Shown: piece after piece, positions 54,292 to 63,825 of the stretch | How the letters are laid out: every line of letters begins with the position of its first letter | How positions within the stretch are numbered: the first letter of the stretch is position 1 | Assembly (NCBI GenBank): GCA_937915925.1 | Contig: CALGGM010000042.1 | Span: 21,791-85,790, forward strand | DNA from: an uncultured Clostridia bacterium | GTDB taxonomy: Bacteria; Bacillota; Clostridia; Christensenellales; CAG-138 | Direction: 5' to 3' | DNA: 64,000 bases | The notes under the pieces: model-generated | What the model was told of the DNA's origin: nothing | Seen by the model: only the letters and a program-made list of their open reading frames with translations | Databases searched by the model: none | Translations under genes and position numbers: made by a program

Positions 54292-55454
54292 AACAAAGAG
54301 CCGTCGGAACCAAGGCTCCCTATCGGGTCGATATCCTTACGATCGTATTGGTAGCGGCCTTGGTTCTGTTCGGCCTCGTAACGCTTTTAAACGTGCTGTC
54401 CAACCCGTTCGACGGCACGGAAACGACGTTCGCCGCGTTCTATGACCGACTGAATTTCCAGTTCGTCACGCGACAGATCGGCAATATTCTGATCTCGCTT
54501 GCAGTGCTCGTGCCGCTTGCGATCTTCGATTACGAAAAGTACAAGCCGTTCACCAAGGTCGCGTACCTGATCTGTCTGGTCCTGCTGTTCCTTCTGATCA
54601 TCGCGGGCAAAAACACGCGCGGCGCTTTGGGCTGGTACGAGGTCGGCTCGCGCGCGTTTCAGCCGTCTGAGATCACGAAGGTCGTGCTCATCATGGTGCT
54701 CAGCAAAGCGGCGGCGGAGGCGTACGACCGGCGCGGTCCGATCAGCGCGTTCCGCGACTTTCTGAAGCTGTTTCTGTACTTCTTCGTCCCGTTCGTGCTC
54801 GTCATTTTGCAGAACGATTTCGGCACAGCGATGGTCATGCTGATCATCTTCGGCGGGATCCTGTTCTGCGTGCGCGTGCGCTGGCGGTACGTGTTCGGAG
54901 GGCTTGTCGCGCTCGGCATCGGCGGGATCCTAAGCTGGATGTTCGTCCTCACCGAGGTGCAGAAGGAGCGCATTCGCGTCTTCTTGGACCCGTCACGCAA
55001 TCCGGAGGGCTCCGGCATGAATGTACTGCACGCAAAGCAGATCATCGGCAGCGGCGGTTTCTGGGGCAAGGGCTACTTTACAAAGGGTACCTTAACGCAG
55101 ACCGGCTACGTACCGATCCGCCATTCCGACTTTATCTTTTCCGGCATCGGCGAGGGCGTTGGCTTCTTCGGCGCAATGCTTCTGATCATCGTGTTCTTTT
55201 TGCTGCTGTTCCATTGGCTGCACACCGCGCTCACCGCACGGGACACGTTCGGACGCTGCCTCGTCGTCGGCTGTACGGTCATGCTCGCGGCGCACATCTT
55301 TGAAAACGTCGCCATGAACCTCGGCGCAATGCCCGTCACCGGCATTCCGCTGCCGTTTATCAGCTACGGCGGCTCCAACATTCTTGCGTCGTTTGCGTGC
55401 GTCGGGATCGCGATGAGCGTCTATGCGCGCGCAACGGGAAGGAGGACGCTGTGA
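54288..55454 (+). CDS. FtsW/RodA/SpoVE family peptidoglycan glycosyltransferase
   Basis: 10-TM SEDS protein with FQPSEITKV, the IRHSDFIFSGIGEG block (corresponding to the family TDFIFS.IGEE motif) and PVTGIPLPFISYGGS. ATGA overlap with pgi. Confidence 0.9.
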   Translation: MKQRAVGTKAPYRVDILTIVLVAALVLFGLVTLLNVLSNPFDGTETTFAAFYDRLNFQFVTRQIGNILISLAVLVPLAIFDYEKYKPFTKVAYLICLVLLFLLIIAGKNTRGALGWYEVGSRAFQPSEITKVVLIMVLSKAAAEAYDRRGPISAFRDFLKLFLYFFVPFVLVILQNDFGTAMVMLIIFGGILFCVRVRWRYVFGGLVALGIGGILSWMFVLTEVQKERIRVFLDPSRNPEGSGMNVLHAKQIIGSGGFWGKGYFTKGTLTQTGYVPIRHSDFIFSGIGEGVGFFGAMLLIIVFFLLLFHWLHTALTARDTFGRCLVVGCTVMLAAHIFENVAMNLGAMPVTGIPLPFISYGGSNILASFACVGIAMSVYARATGRRTL

Positions 55455-56284
55455 TCCTAAGAAGAATGCAGTATGCCGACCGTGCGCAGGCGGCAAAGCT
55501 TTGGTTTGACATCTTCGGCGATACCGAAGCGTTTACCGCGTGGTACTTTGGGGAGCGGTTTTCGCCGGACGAATCCTTCGCGGCGTTCGACGGCGAACGG
55601 CTTGTCGCCATGACGCTCGGACGCGGCACGGAGATCCGCGTGGAGGGGAAGACGCACAAGGCGCTTCTGATCTCCGGCGTTTCCACGCTGCCGGACTATC
55701 GCGGAAATGGGCTGATGCATCGCCTCGTTTCCATGCAGATCGAAGATGCAAAGCAAAAGGGCTATGCGTGCTGCTATCTGCACCCGGTCGCCGAATCGCT
55801 GTACGCAAAGCTCGGTTTTCAAAACGGGACGTACGCAAGCCTCGTTCAGTCCGACCCGAACCGCACGCATGCGCCGTACACGATCCGCGTTGGCACGGAC
55901 GCGGAAACGATGCGCACCGTCTACGATTCGCTGCTTGTCCGCTATAACGGCATGCAGCTTCGCGACAAGGCGGAGATCGAGGCGCTTTTGCGGGATTACG
56001 GCGCGGACGGGTTTACCATGCTGACTGCGTATGAAAATGGAGAGCCCGTCGGTTACTGCATCGCGCTGAACGACGGAACCGTTTCCGAGCTGTTTGCGTT
56101 TTCGCCCGATGCGTACGCCGCGCTGCTCGACGAGGCGGCAAGGCGTGCGGGCACGGAGCTGACCGCCATCGCGCCGACCGACTGCGGTCTGATCGGCGAA
56201 CGCGTTTACAGTATGCAGTATCTTGTGTTCAACGATGCGTTCAGGCTGCCGCTGCAAAACGGCTTCTGCCGCCTTTCATACTGA
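55451..56284 (+). CDS. GNAT family N-acetyltransferase
   Basis: GTGA overlap with the upstream gene and RBS GGAAGGAGG. The VSTLPDYRGNGLMHRLV acetyl-CoA-binding block is present. Confidence 0.8.
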   Translation: MILRRMQYADRAQAAKLWFDIFGDTEAFTAWYFGERFSPDESFAAFDGERLVAMTLGRGTEIRVEGKTHKALLISGVSTLPDYRGNGLMHRLVSMQIEDAKQKGYACCYLHPVAESLYAKLGFQNGTYASLVQSDPNRTHAPYTIRVGTDAETMRTVYDSLLVRYNGMQLRDKAEIEALLRDYGADGFTMLTAYENGEPVGYCIALNDGTVSELFAFSPDAYAALLDEAARRAGTELTAIAPTDCGLIGERVYSMQYLVFNDAFRLPLQNGFCRLSY

Positions 56285-56298
56285 ATCAATTCACTATC

Positions 56299-56325
56299 GC
56301 ACCGGACGGAACCGGTGCTTTTTTT
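56299..56325 (+). terminator. Rho-independent terminator after the GNAT gene
   Basis: gcaccgg / ccggtgc stem followed by TTTTTTT. Confidence 0.8.
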
Positions 56326-56353
56326 CATATCCGGAACGGCGCTCGCATAGATT
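56325..56353 (+). promoter_or_regulatory. Sigma-E/sigma-K-type mother-cell promoter for the deacetylase gene
   Basis: TCATATC, a 14-nt spacer, then CATAGATT(A). The -35 heptamer is identical to that of the spoIIIA promoter at 1443. The -10 also fits CATA-N3-TA (the sigma-K form). Confidence 0.55.
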
Positions 56354-56380
56354 ACGGCAAAGGGTCGGAGGATGAGAGAT

Positions 56381-57199
56381 ATGAAGATAGTCGTCATTGG
56401 CAAACGTACTTGGGTCGCGATACTGATTTGTCTTGCACTGCTGATCGTGGGGCTTGCGGTGTTTCTGACCGCGGGGGACGATACGGGCGAGCCTGCGGCG
56501 CCGACCATGATGCGGGTCGATTCCTATGAGCTGAACGCGATCCCGGTTACCAGCCGTCTCGTTCCGGTATACCGCGTCGAACGCGCGGACAAAACGGTCG
56601 CGCTCACGATCGACGCGGCGTGGAGCGCGGACAAAACCCCGTTTATTTTGGACACGCTCGACAAATACGGGATCAAGGCAACGTTCTTTCTGTGCGGCGT
56701 GTGGGTCGATGCGTACCCCGATATGGTAAAGGAAATCGCCGCGCGCGGACATGAGATCGGAAACCATTCACTGACGCATCCGCACATGAATCGCCTTTCC
56801 GCAGAGGAAATCAAAACCGAGCTTTCCACGCTCGACGATCGGATCGAAGCGCTGACCGGCAAGCGCTGCACGCTGTTCCGTGCGCCGTTTGGTGAATACA
56901 ACGACACGGTCGTTTCCACGATCCGCGACATGGGCTATGAGGTGGTGCAGTGGAACCTCGATACGGTCGACTGGAAGGAGGGGCGAAGCGCCGACACGAT
57001 CCTGAACGCCGTGCTGCCGAAGCTTTCTGACGGAAGCATCATCCTTTCGCACAACAACGGCTACGAGATCGAAACGTACCTTCCGAAGCTGATCGAGCAG
57101 GCGCAGGGACAGGGATACCGCTTCGTTACGATCTCCGAGCTTTTGCCGGAGGGCGAACGAACCGTCGACAGCAACGGGCTCTGCAAACCGGCAGGTTGA
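56381..57199 (+). CDS. Polysaccharide deacetylase (NodB) family, PdaB-like, membrane-anchored
   Basis: N-terminal TM segment, TIDAAW (corresponding to the NodB TFDD motif position), GIKATFFLCG and HEIGNHSLTHPHM. I chose the ATG at 56381 (GGAGG 9 nt upstream). Confidence 0.85.
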   Translation: MKIVVIGKRTWVAILICLALLIVGLAVFLTAGDDTGEPAAPTMMRVDSYELNAIPVTSRLVPVYRVERADKTVALTIDAAWSADKTPFILDTLDKYGIKATFFLCGVWVDAYPDMVKEIAARGHEIGNHSLTHPHMNRLSAEEIKTELSTLDDRIEALTGKRCTLFRAPFGEYNDTVVSTIRDMGYEVVQWNLDTVDWKEGRSADTILNAVLPKLSDGSIILSHNNGYEIETYLPKLIEQAQGQGYRFVTISELLPEGERTVDSNGLCKPAG

Positions 57200-57225
57200 A
57201 AGGAAAAACGGAATACGGTATACTG

Positions 57226-57251
57226 AGAACACGATAATTCGTGTTCTTTTT
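57226..57251 (+). terminator. Rho-independent terminator after the deacetylase gene
   Basis: agaacacg / cgtgttct stem followed by TTTT. Confidence 0.75.
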
Positions 57252-57260
57252 CGGTTTCCG

Positions 57261-57298
57261 TGCAACCTTTTGCGCCTCCCAAGCATCTATAGGGTGTA
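57261..57298 (+). promoter_or_regulatory. Candidate ECF-type promoter block, module 1
   Basis: TGCAAC (an AAC-type -35, as in B. subtilis ECF promoters), a conserved TCT ~19 nt downstream and a GGGTGTA block 31 nt downstream. The same architecture recurs at 59609 and 61788. Confidence 0.5.
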
Positions 57299-57351
57299 CG
57301 ATCGAACAAACGTTCCCGCTGCCGGCGGCAGGGAACAAAAGGAGATGAATC

Positions 57352-57843
57352 ATGCACACCATGAAAGATAAGCGATGGTTTACGGCTGAGGTACGATCGA
57401 TGCTCGATACCATGTATCGGGTCGCGTTTACCATCCTGCAGAACGACGCCGATGCGCAGGACGCCGCGCAGTCCGCAATGGAACAGGCGTACATATCGCT
57501 GGACCGGCTGAAGGATCGGTCGAAGTTCCGCCCGTGGCTGTTGCGCATTCTGAAAAACGAATGCTATGTGATCCTGCGGCAGAAGAAACGCGTCATTCCG
57601 CTGGACGAACTGCCCGAGAGCGGCGAGGAACCGTTCGACGCGCTCGATCTCAAGGCCGCGTTTGCAAGGCTTTCTGCCGAAAGCAGACTTTGCATTACCC
57701 TATACTATTACGAAGGCTATAATATTTCCGAGATCGCCGCATTTTTGAACGAGCCGGAGGGCACGGTGAAAAGCCGTCTCTCCCGCGCAAGAAAAGCGAT
57801 GCGGCAGGATCTTACAGATCAGGAGGTATCCCATGGAGAATAA
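57352..57843 (+). CDS. ECF-type RNA polymerase sigma-70 family factor (module 1)
   Basis: Region 2 (DAQDAAQSAMEQAY...FRPWLLRILKN) and region 4 HTH (YYYEGYNISEIAAFLNEPEGTVKSRLSRARKAM). Confidence 0.88.
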   Translation: MHTMKDKRWFTAEVRSMLDTMYRVAFTILQNDADAQDAAQSAMEQAYISLDRLKDRSKFRPWLLRILKNECYVILRQKKRVIPLDELPESGEEPFDALDLKAAFARLSAESRLCITLYYYEGYNISEIAAFLNEPEGTVKSRLSRARKAMRQDLTDQEVSHGE

Positions 57844-59536
57844 CATGCAAAACAAAGATTTTACAACCGTATTGCCGTCGACGCCGGCAAGCTACTATAC
57901 CCGCATGGAGGACGCGCTCCTCTCGCTTCCGGTCGACCGTGTACGCACTGCGCGTCCCCGCGTGTTTTCCAAAAAACAGCTGATCGTTCTGATCGCGGCG
58001 CTGGTCGCGCTTCTGACCGTCGGTACGGCGGTCGCGGTCGCGATCTCACATATGCAGGAGCTGCGCGAAGGTGGGCTCAAGCAGCTTGAAACCTACACCG
58101 GTCTCGTATACGGAACGGTCGCGCCGGACGCGGATCTTCCGGACGATCCGACCGAAGCGCAGTTCTATGTCCCGGTCGGCTATGACGTCGGCATGAGCGA
58201 CGCGAACGGCAACTGGCAGCCGGATTATCTGGAGATTGCCGACGTATCCGCCAAAACAGACACGTTTACCGTCAGTCTGGACTATCTGCAGTACAACCCC
58301 GCAGGGGAGAAAAGCGCGCTGATTGCCGCGATTACCGTCAAAGCGAATGCAGACGTTCGATACAGCTTCTCGAATTTCACCCTGACAATGAACGGGAAAG
58401 ATACGGTTACGGACAACAGCGACATGGACTACTGGCAGCAGGCGTTCGAACTCGAGAAAACGGAGAACGGAACCTATTCCGATATGCAGGATCTGTTTTT
58501 CCAAATGTCCGAGAATCCGCTGCGTCCCGATACGACATTCACGATCGCATCGGAAATCAACGGCGAACCGTTTACGCTGACCTATACGCTGACCGGGGAT
58601 CAATTTGAAACGCTCAGACAGAACACGCTCGATATACTCAATAACTACGCAACGCTTCTGAGCGACGTTCCGACGGACACCATCCCGGTCGGCGCAGAGG
58701 CATACGGATACCGTGTCGCCGAGATCGCGGTGAAGGACCATTGGCTGTACTACACGGTGGAAAGCATTCCGGAGTACGTGGCGACGCACGAGGAGCATGA
58801 GGATGCGCCTTACGGCAAATACGATTTGAACGGCTTCTTCACCGTAGTCGACGGCATGCTCACCCGGTTCGAATTCATCAGCGGACAGCACGGCGAAGAG
58901 AAAAATGCGCTGACACAGCTGATGCGAAGCTATCTGCCGTACCCCGGCGCGCTGCCGAGAGAATCGCTCGTTTCGATCTTCGGGACGGTCTTCCACATCG
59001 AATGGGCGACCGGCGCGGTCACGCTGCCGAAGGACGAAGCGGAATACCTTGCATGGCGGCAGGAGAGCGAAGCGCTGTCCGCCGAGAACGGAGACTATGA
59101 CGCTATGTTTATCGCAAAGCCGAACGTCAAGGCAGACACCTTTACCGTCAGCGAACTGGTCTATCCGAACCGCGACTCCGCGATCGGCGGAATGTTCGGT
59201 CTGATCCTTGAGACGGACGAACCCGTACCGGATCCGTTCGATGGCAAGGAACGTCAGCCGGTCCTCACGGTGAACGGGATCACCTACGAAAGCGTAGTGT
59301 ACGGTTATGACGCGCAGGACAGGTTCTCCGGCGGTACGGAGAACGGCGGCAGACGCGTCGGGTTCCTGCTCTACGGCACGGCATACCGCCTGCTTCCGGA
59401 AACGTTTGACGTCACGGTCTCATGGAACGGCAGCAGCGTTACGTTTACGATGCACAAGTCCGATCTCGTTCGCTGCTATGACGGTGAGATCCCGACCGGA
59501 TTCGGCAAGCTCTATTCCACGCTGTTCGATCTCTGA
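57833..59536 (+). CDS. Putative anti-sigma factor: short cytoplasmic N-terminus, one TM, ~490-aa ectodomain (module 1)
   Basis: It overlaps the sigma gene stop by 11 nt. TM segment LIVLIAALVALLTVGTAVAVAI. The ectodomain is paralogous to the 60196 product. Confidence 0.7.
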   Translation: MENNMQNKDFTTVLPSTPASYYTRMEDALLSLPVDRVRTARPRVFSKKQLIVLIAALVALLTVGTAVAVAISHMQELREGGLKQLETYTGLVYGTVAPDADLPDDPTEAQFYVPVGYDVGMSDANGNWQPDYLEIADVSAKTDTFTVSLDYLQYNPAGEKSALIAAITVKANADVRYSFSNFTLTMNGKDTVTDNSDMDYWQQAFELEKTENGTYSDMQDLFFQMSENPLRPDTTFTIASEINGEPFTLTYTLTGDQFETLRQNTLDILNNYATLLSDVPTDTIPVGAEAYGYRVAEIAVKDHWLYYTVESIPEYVATHEEHEDAPYGKYDLNGFFTVVDGMLTRFEFISGQHGEEKNALTQLMRSYLPYPGALPRESLVSIFGTVFHIEWATGAVTLPKDEAEYLAWRQESEALSAENGDYDAMFIAKPNVKADTFTVSELVYPNRDSAIGGMFGLILETDEPVPDPFDGKERQPVLTVNGITYESVVYGYDAQDRFSGGTENGGRRVGFLLYGTAYRLLPETFDVTVSWNGSSVTFTMHKSDLVRCYDGEIPTGFGKLYSTLFDL

Positions 59537-59578
59537 TCCGCCGAACGGTTGAAAACCGACACAATACACGATATACTG

Positions 59579-59606
59579 AAAGCACACGGTGAAAATCGTG
59601 TGCTTT
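59579..59606 (+). terminator. Hairpin terminator after module 1
   Basis: aaagcacacg / cgtgtgcttt, a 10-bp stem. The T-run is short. Confidence 0.55.
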
Positions 59607-59608
59607 CA

Positions 59609-59647
59609 TGCAACCAAACGCGCTTTTGATCGCTCTACGAGGGTGTA
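59609..59647 (+). promoter_or_regulatory. Candidate ECF-type promoter block, module 2
   Basis: TGCAAC, 16 nt, then CGCTCT, with GGGTGTA 32 nt downstream of the start of the -35. Confidence 0.5.
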
Positions 59648-59672
59648 AGTGCTTACAGAAAGAGAAACGAGT

Positions 59673-60203
59673 ATGAACAAAAGCTATTTTGAACAGGTGT
59701 ACGAAAAGACGCACCGTTCGCTGATCCGATACGCGATCGTGCATCTCGACGACCCGACCGACGCCGAGGACGCGCTGCAGAACGTGTACGTCGATTTCTA
59801 CCGCCGCATCACGCAGTACGGACACCTCGACATTCTTTCTCCGGAGGCGTTCCTGATCAAGATGCTCAAGCGCGAGATCATCCAGAACTATCGTGAGCGC
59901 GAGCGCAGGCGGCTGCATTTTGTGGACGAGATCAAGGAGGATCGGATCCCGGAGGAACGCTTCGAGGACGTCGTGATGGATCGCGCGCTTGCGGAGGAGA
60001 TTTTGAAAAACGCAAAGCTGCTGCCGAAGGAGATGTACCGCACGTTCGTGCTGTATTACGGCTATGAGATGTCGGTATCGGAGATCGCAAAGCAGCTTGA
60101 CGTCAGCAAGGAAGCGGTGAAAAGCCGTCTTTTACGCGCAAGGAACACATTGAAACAGCGAATGGGAGAACCCGGTTCAAACGGAGGGATCAGATATGAA
60201 TGA
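59673..60203 (+). CDS. ECF-type sigma-70 family factor (module 2)
   Basis: DPTDAEDALQNVYVDFYRRI (region 2) and YGYEMSVSEIAKQLDVSKEAVKSRLLRAR (region 4). It is a close paralog of the 61850 product. Confidence 0.85.
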   Translation: MNKSYFEQVYEKTHRSLIRYAIVHLDDPTDAEDALQNVYVDFYRRITQYGHLDILSPEAFLIKMLKREIIQNYRERERRRLHFVDEIKEDRIPEERFEDVVMDRALAEEILKNAKLLPKEMYRTFVLYYGYEMSVSEIAKQLDVSKEAVKSRLLRARNTLKQRMGEPGSNGGIRYE

Positions 60204-61752
60204 CAGACAGTATTATCACGCCGCGCTCGAATGCGCGCTTTTAGAGAGCGAAGCCTTGAAACAAAACGTCGACGCACGGATCGCAAGGCTTCCGAAAAAC
60301 AAGGAGGTTCACGTTCGCTTTCCGAGGCGTCTTGTCATCGCGCTCGTCGCCGCCGCGACGCTTTTGATCGCATCGGTCGCGGTCGCCGCCGCCGTTACGC
60401 GCAATCAGGCGTTCAAGGAGCAGACGAATGCTGTGCTGGACGAAACGGTACAGACGGTGACGCAGCCGCATGACGCGGAACAGCATGAGGGCTGGCAGCC
60501 GAATCATCTGATTCTGTTTGAAGACGTCCTGTCCACCAAGGAAGACGTGCTATGCCCGGTTTCAGACGGCGTCATGCAGCTTACCGAGCTCGGCTATATC
60601 GGAAGCGAGGGGATCACGGCGGACTTCTTTTTCCACACGGAGAGCAATGTTCCCTGCAAGATCGATCATCTGACGGTCTCCGTCAACGGCGAACCGGCAC
60701 AGCGAGCATATGATGCCAACCGTCAACTCGTGTATACGGAAGGACATTACTGTGCAGGCGCGTATTTCAAATGTGACGGCAATCCGCTGTGGCCGGGAAC
60801 GACGTTTACGTTCACCGGTACCGTCAATGACGAGCCGTTTACGTTGAACTATACGTTTACCGAACAGACCTATCAGACCCTGCAGCAGAACATCGCGGAT
60901 GCGGCAAACGAGCACAAGGAGATCGTGGATCGGATTCCGGATCAAGGCACGCCGGTTGAGTATCAGGTACGGAATACGATCCTGTGCGAGGTCGCCGTCA
61001 GGGATCGGTGCATGTATTTTACAACGCAGCGCGCTCCCGACGGACAACGGTATCATCCGGACGATAAGCTTCCGTACAGCAAATACGACCGCGGACAATG
61101 GCCTGTCATTGACGGACGAACGGGAGACTTTTATTACCTCGGAACGATCGACGCCGAGAATCCGGAGGGATTTGTTCACTGCACCTATCTGCCGTACAGC
61201 GAGGGCGCATTCCCGGATACGTCGCTGATCTCGTTTGAAGGGATCGTGTTCCGATATGAATGGGCGACGGGAAATGTCACGCTTCCGAAGGACGAAGCGG
61301 AGTACGAAGCTTGGCGAAAGGAGAGCATGGAGCTTTCCGAAAAGCTATGCGATACAGACTGGATCTGGCAGTTTGACGAACCGCTCGGCGACGTACAGGT
61401 TACGGATCTCATTTTCCATACGCATTCGATGTGGAGCGATATCGGAATCGTGTTCGGATCGGAAAACGGTTTTCCGGATGGCGCGGAACTGCCGAAGGTG
61501 TGGCTGAACGGCATAGCGCTTGTGCATGTCGGCGAGATCGATCCGCTGACAGATACCGTACCTTATGTCCGATCGGACAAGAAGAAGCTCGCCTACTGCA
61601 TGGTCGGGTATTCTCCCGCCGATCTTAATGAAACGTTTACCCTGACGGTGGAATGGCAGGGCAGCAGGACGGATCTGACGCTTCGCATGTCGGATGTGAT
61701 TCGTGAGGACGCGTCGGAGATCAAGGAATACAAGGCGCTGTTCCATTACTGA
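60196..61752 (+). CDS. Putative anti-sigma factor with large ectodomain (module 2)
   Basis: 8-nt overlap with the sigma gene. TM segment LVIALVAAATLLIASVAVAAAV. It shares blocks with module 1 (EPFTLNYTFTEQTYQTLQQN; FRYEWATGNVTLPKDEAEYEAWRKES). Confidence 0.7.
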   Translation: MNDRQYYHAALECALLESEALKQNVDARIARLPKNKEVHVRFPRRLVIALVAAATLLIASVAVAAAVTRNQAFKEQTNAVLDETVQTVTQPHDAEQHEGWQPNHLILFEDVLSTKEDVLCPVSDGVMQLTELGYIGSEGITADFFFHTESNVPCKIDHLTVSVNGEPAQRAYDANRQLVYTEGHYCAGAYFKCDGNPLWPGTTFTFTGTVNDEPFTLNYTFTEQTYQTLQQNIADAANEHKEIVDRIPDQGTPVEYQVRNTILCEVAVRDRCMYFTTQRAPDGQRYHPDDKLPYSKYDRGQWPVIDGRTGDFYYLGTIDAENPEGFVHCTYLPYSEGAFPDTSLISFEGIVFRYEWATGNVTLPKDEAEYEAWRKESMELSEKLCDTDWIWQFDEPLGDVQVTDLIFHTHSMWSDIGIVFGSENGFPDGAELPKVWLNGIALVHVGEIDPLTDTVPYVRSDKKKLAYCMVGYSPADLNETFTLTVEWQGSRTDLTLRMSDVIREDASEIKEYKALFHY

Positions 61753-61760
61753 GCGATCAA

Positions 61761-61788
61761 AAGAACACGGCAGGTCCGTGTTCTTTTT
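61761..61788 (+). terminator. Rho-independent terminator after module 2
   Basis: aagaacacgg / ccgtgttctt, a 10-bp stem followed by a T-run. Confidence 0.75.
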
Positions 61789-61826
61789 GTAACCTTTTGT
61801 CAGCATTCGCTCTCTTAATGGGTGTA
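61788..61826 (+). promoter_or_regulatory. Candidate ECF-type promoter block, module 3
   Basis: TGTAAC, a conserved CGCTCT/TCT element and GGGTGTA 32 nt downstream. The following GTAAGTaCTTAC palindrome is shared with module 2. Confidence 0.5.
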
Positions 61827-61849
61827 AGTACTTACGGAAAGAGAAAAAG

Positions 61850-62392
61850 ATGAAACAATCCTATTTCGATCGGGTCTATGAATCGACCTATGACAATCTG
61901 CTTCGATACGCGATCGTGCATTTATCCGATCCGACGGACGCGGAGGACGCCGTGCAGAACGTCTACGTGCAGTTTTACCGACGCATCGAGCGTTACGGGC
62001 ACTTCGACATCCTCTCGCCGGAAGGATTCTTAAAAAAGATGCTGAAGCGCGAGATCATCAAAAACTACGCCGAGCGCGAACAGCAGCGCATCCGTATCGT
62101 CAGCGACGCGGAGGAGGATCGCATTCCGGACGACGAGGTGTTCGAGGACGTTGTCGTCAACCGCGCGCTTGCAGAGCAGGTTTTCCGCGCGGCAAAGGAA
62201 CTGCCAAGGGAGACCTATCGCACGTTCGTCCTGTTCTACGGGTACGAGCTGACCGTGCCGGAGATCGCAAAGCAGCTCGGCGTAACGAAGGAGACCGTAA
62301 AGACCCGGCTGTGCCGTGCAAGAAAGGCGCTGAAGGTGATGCTGGAGGTCGAACCCAAAGAGAGCAATCAGACAGGAAACGGAGAATACTGA
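61850..62392 (+). CDS. ECF-type sigma-70 family factor (module 3)
   Basis: DPTDAEDAVQNVYVQFYRRI and YGYELTVPEIAKQLGVTKETVKTRLCRAR. Confidence 0.85.
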   Translation: MKQSYFDRVYESTYDNLLRYAIVHLSDPTDAEDAVQNVYVQFYRRIERYGHFDILSPEGFLKKMLKREIIKNYAEREQQRIRIVSDAEEDRIPDDEVFEDVVVNRALAEQVFRAAKELPRETYRTFVLFYGYELTVPEIAKQLGVTKETVKTRLCRARKALKVMLEVEPKESNQTGNGEY

Positions 62393-62393
62393 C

Positions 62394-63788
62394 ATGAAGG
62401 AAAAAGCATTTTATCACAGCGTTTTAAAGAATACGCTGCTGGACAAAACAAACGCAAAGGCACGGATCGATGCGAGAACGCGCAGCGGTTTCACTGCCGA
62501 AAAGAAGCGCATTCATATCTCGCGCCGCGCGGTGATCGCGCTCGCGGTCGCGGCGTCTCTGCTGGTCGTCGGATCGGCGGCAGCGGCAACGTCCCTCTTT
62601 TCGCGAGAAGGATATGTCCCGGGCAGATACATTCAGAAGGATGCTGACGAGCGACAGGCGAGCGAACAGGCAATCCCGGACGTGGAGCAGGCGATCACCG
62701 CGGCAACGCCGAAGGACGTCTCCTATGAGATCCGTATGATGCCGGAGATCGACACAGATGGCAAGATCGCGGAATGGAGAGAGCAGATGGGACAGCCGGC
62801 ATACAACGAGGCGGATTGGGCATGGGTACGCGAGCTGAAGCCCACGATCGGCGACGTCCTGTACGACGGCAAAGCCTTGTACGTGACGACGTATATCGAA
62901 ACGGACCGACCGAATGTGTTCTACTACGCCGCAGATACCGAGCAGCAGGCTTGGATCGCAAGCGAGGAAGTTTCCTATACCGTACCGGGCGACGCGATGC
63001 CGCATACGCTGGAGCTGTACGGCGAGAACTGGGGAAACGAATTTACCGACCATTCCGTGAAGGTCGTTGCGGAGGGAACGACGGACGCATTCCCGGAGGA
63101 GGGGATCGTCACCATGACGCAGCGGCTGTACGTTGCGGACGCGCTTGTGGACGATATGCTGCCGACGCGCGCCGCGGTCGCGATCATCGACTTCACGTTC
63201 ACGTTCGACGCGGCGGCAGGGCGTTCCGTTGCGGAGGATGCGCACATCTCGATTCCGCTGTCCGGCGAGTATCTCATTTCGATGGAGGAATGGTGGCTTC
63301 CCGACGCCTCCGGGAACGTCTCGGGCAACGCCATCTTCAGGAACAAACCGCTGAATGTCGACGGCGTGATGCTGGACGCAAAGATCGAGTACCGCCCGGT
63401 CGGTATCTATGTGACGCTGACGGTCAAGGACGCGCCGGAAAACTGGACGCAATATGAAAAGAACTCGCTGCTTACCGCGATCAGCGACTGGTTGAGCGAG
63501 GAACCGGATATTCCGTTTACCGTTAACGGCGAGGAACCGCAGAAGCCGGAGCACATGAACTACGGCGCAAACGATGCGATCTATGTGCTTCTGCCGATCT
63601 ACCCGTCGGATTACGCATCCGTCTCGTCACTCAGGCTCGATCTTCTGATGCATCGGATCGTTTCGGCAAACGGACAGGAACCGTCCGACGACTGGACATG
63701 GGACTTTGAAAAACAGGGCGGCATCAATAAATCGATCCGCGTGTCCGAGCCGCTTGCCACGATCGAGATCCCGATCCCGAAAAACTGA
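62394..63788 (+). CDS. Putative anti-sigma factor with large, divergent ectodomain (module 3)
   Basis: It starts 1 nt after the sigma stop. The N-terminus (FYHSVLKNTLL..ARIDAR) resembles module 2 (YYHAALECALL..VDARIAR). TM segment AVIALAVAASLLVVGSAAAA. Confidence 0.7.
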   Translation: MKEKAFYHSVLKNTLLDKTNAKARIDARTRSGFTAEKKRIHISRRAVIALAVAASLLVVGSAAAATSLFSREGYVPGRYIQKDADERQASEQAIPDVEQAITAATPKDVSYEIRMMPEIDTDGKIAEWREQMGQPAYNEADWAWVRELKPTIGDVLYDGKALYVTTYIETDRPNVFYYAADTEQQAWIASEEVSYTVPGDAMPHTLELYGENWGNEFTDHSVKVVAEGTTDAFPEEGIVTMTQRLYVADALVDDMLPTRAAVAIIDFTFTFDAAAGRSVAEDAHISIPLSGEYLISMEEWWLPDASGNVSGNAIFRNKPLNVDGVMLDAKIEYRPVGIYVTLTVKDAPENWTQYEKNSLLTAISDWLSEEPDIPFTVNGEEPQKPEHMNYGANDAIYVLLPIYPSDYASVSSLRLDLLMHRIVSANGQEPSDDWTWDFEKQGGINKSIRVSEPLATIEIPIPKN

Positions 63789-63800
63789 ACAAAATCATCG

Positions 63801-63825
63801 ATCCACCGGCGACAAACCGGTGGAT
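63801..63825 (+). terminator. Terminator hairpin after module 3
   Basis: atccaccgg / ccggtggat stem followed by TATTCTAT. Confidence 0.6.
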
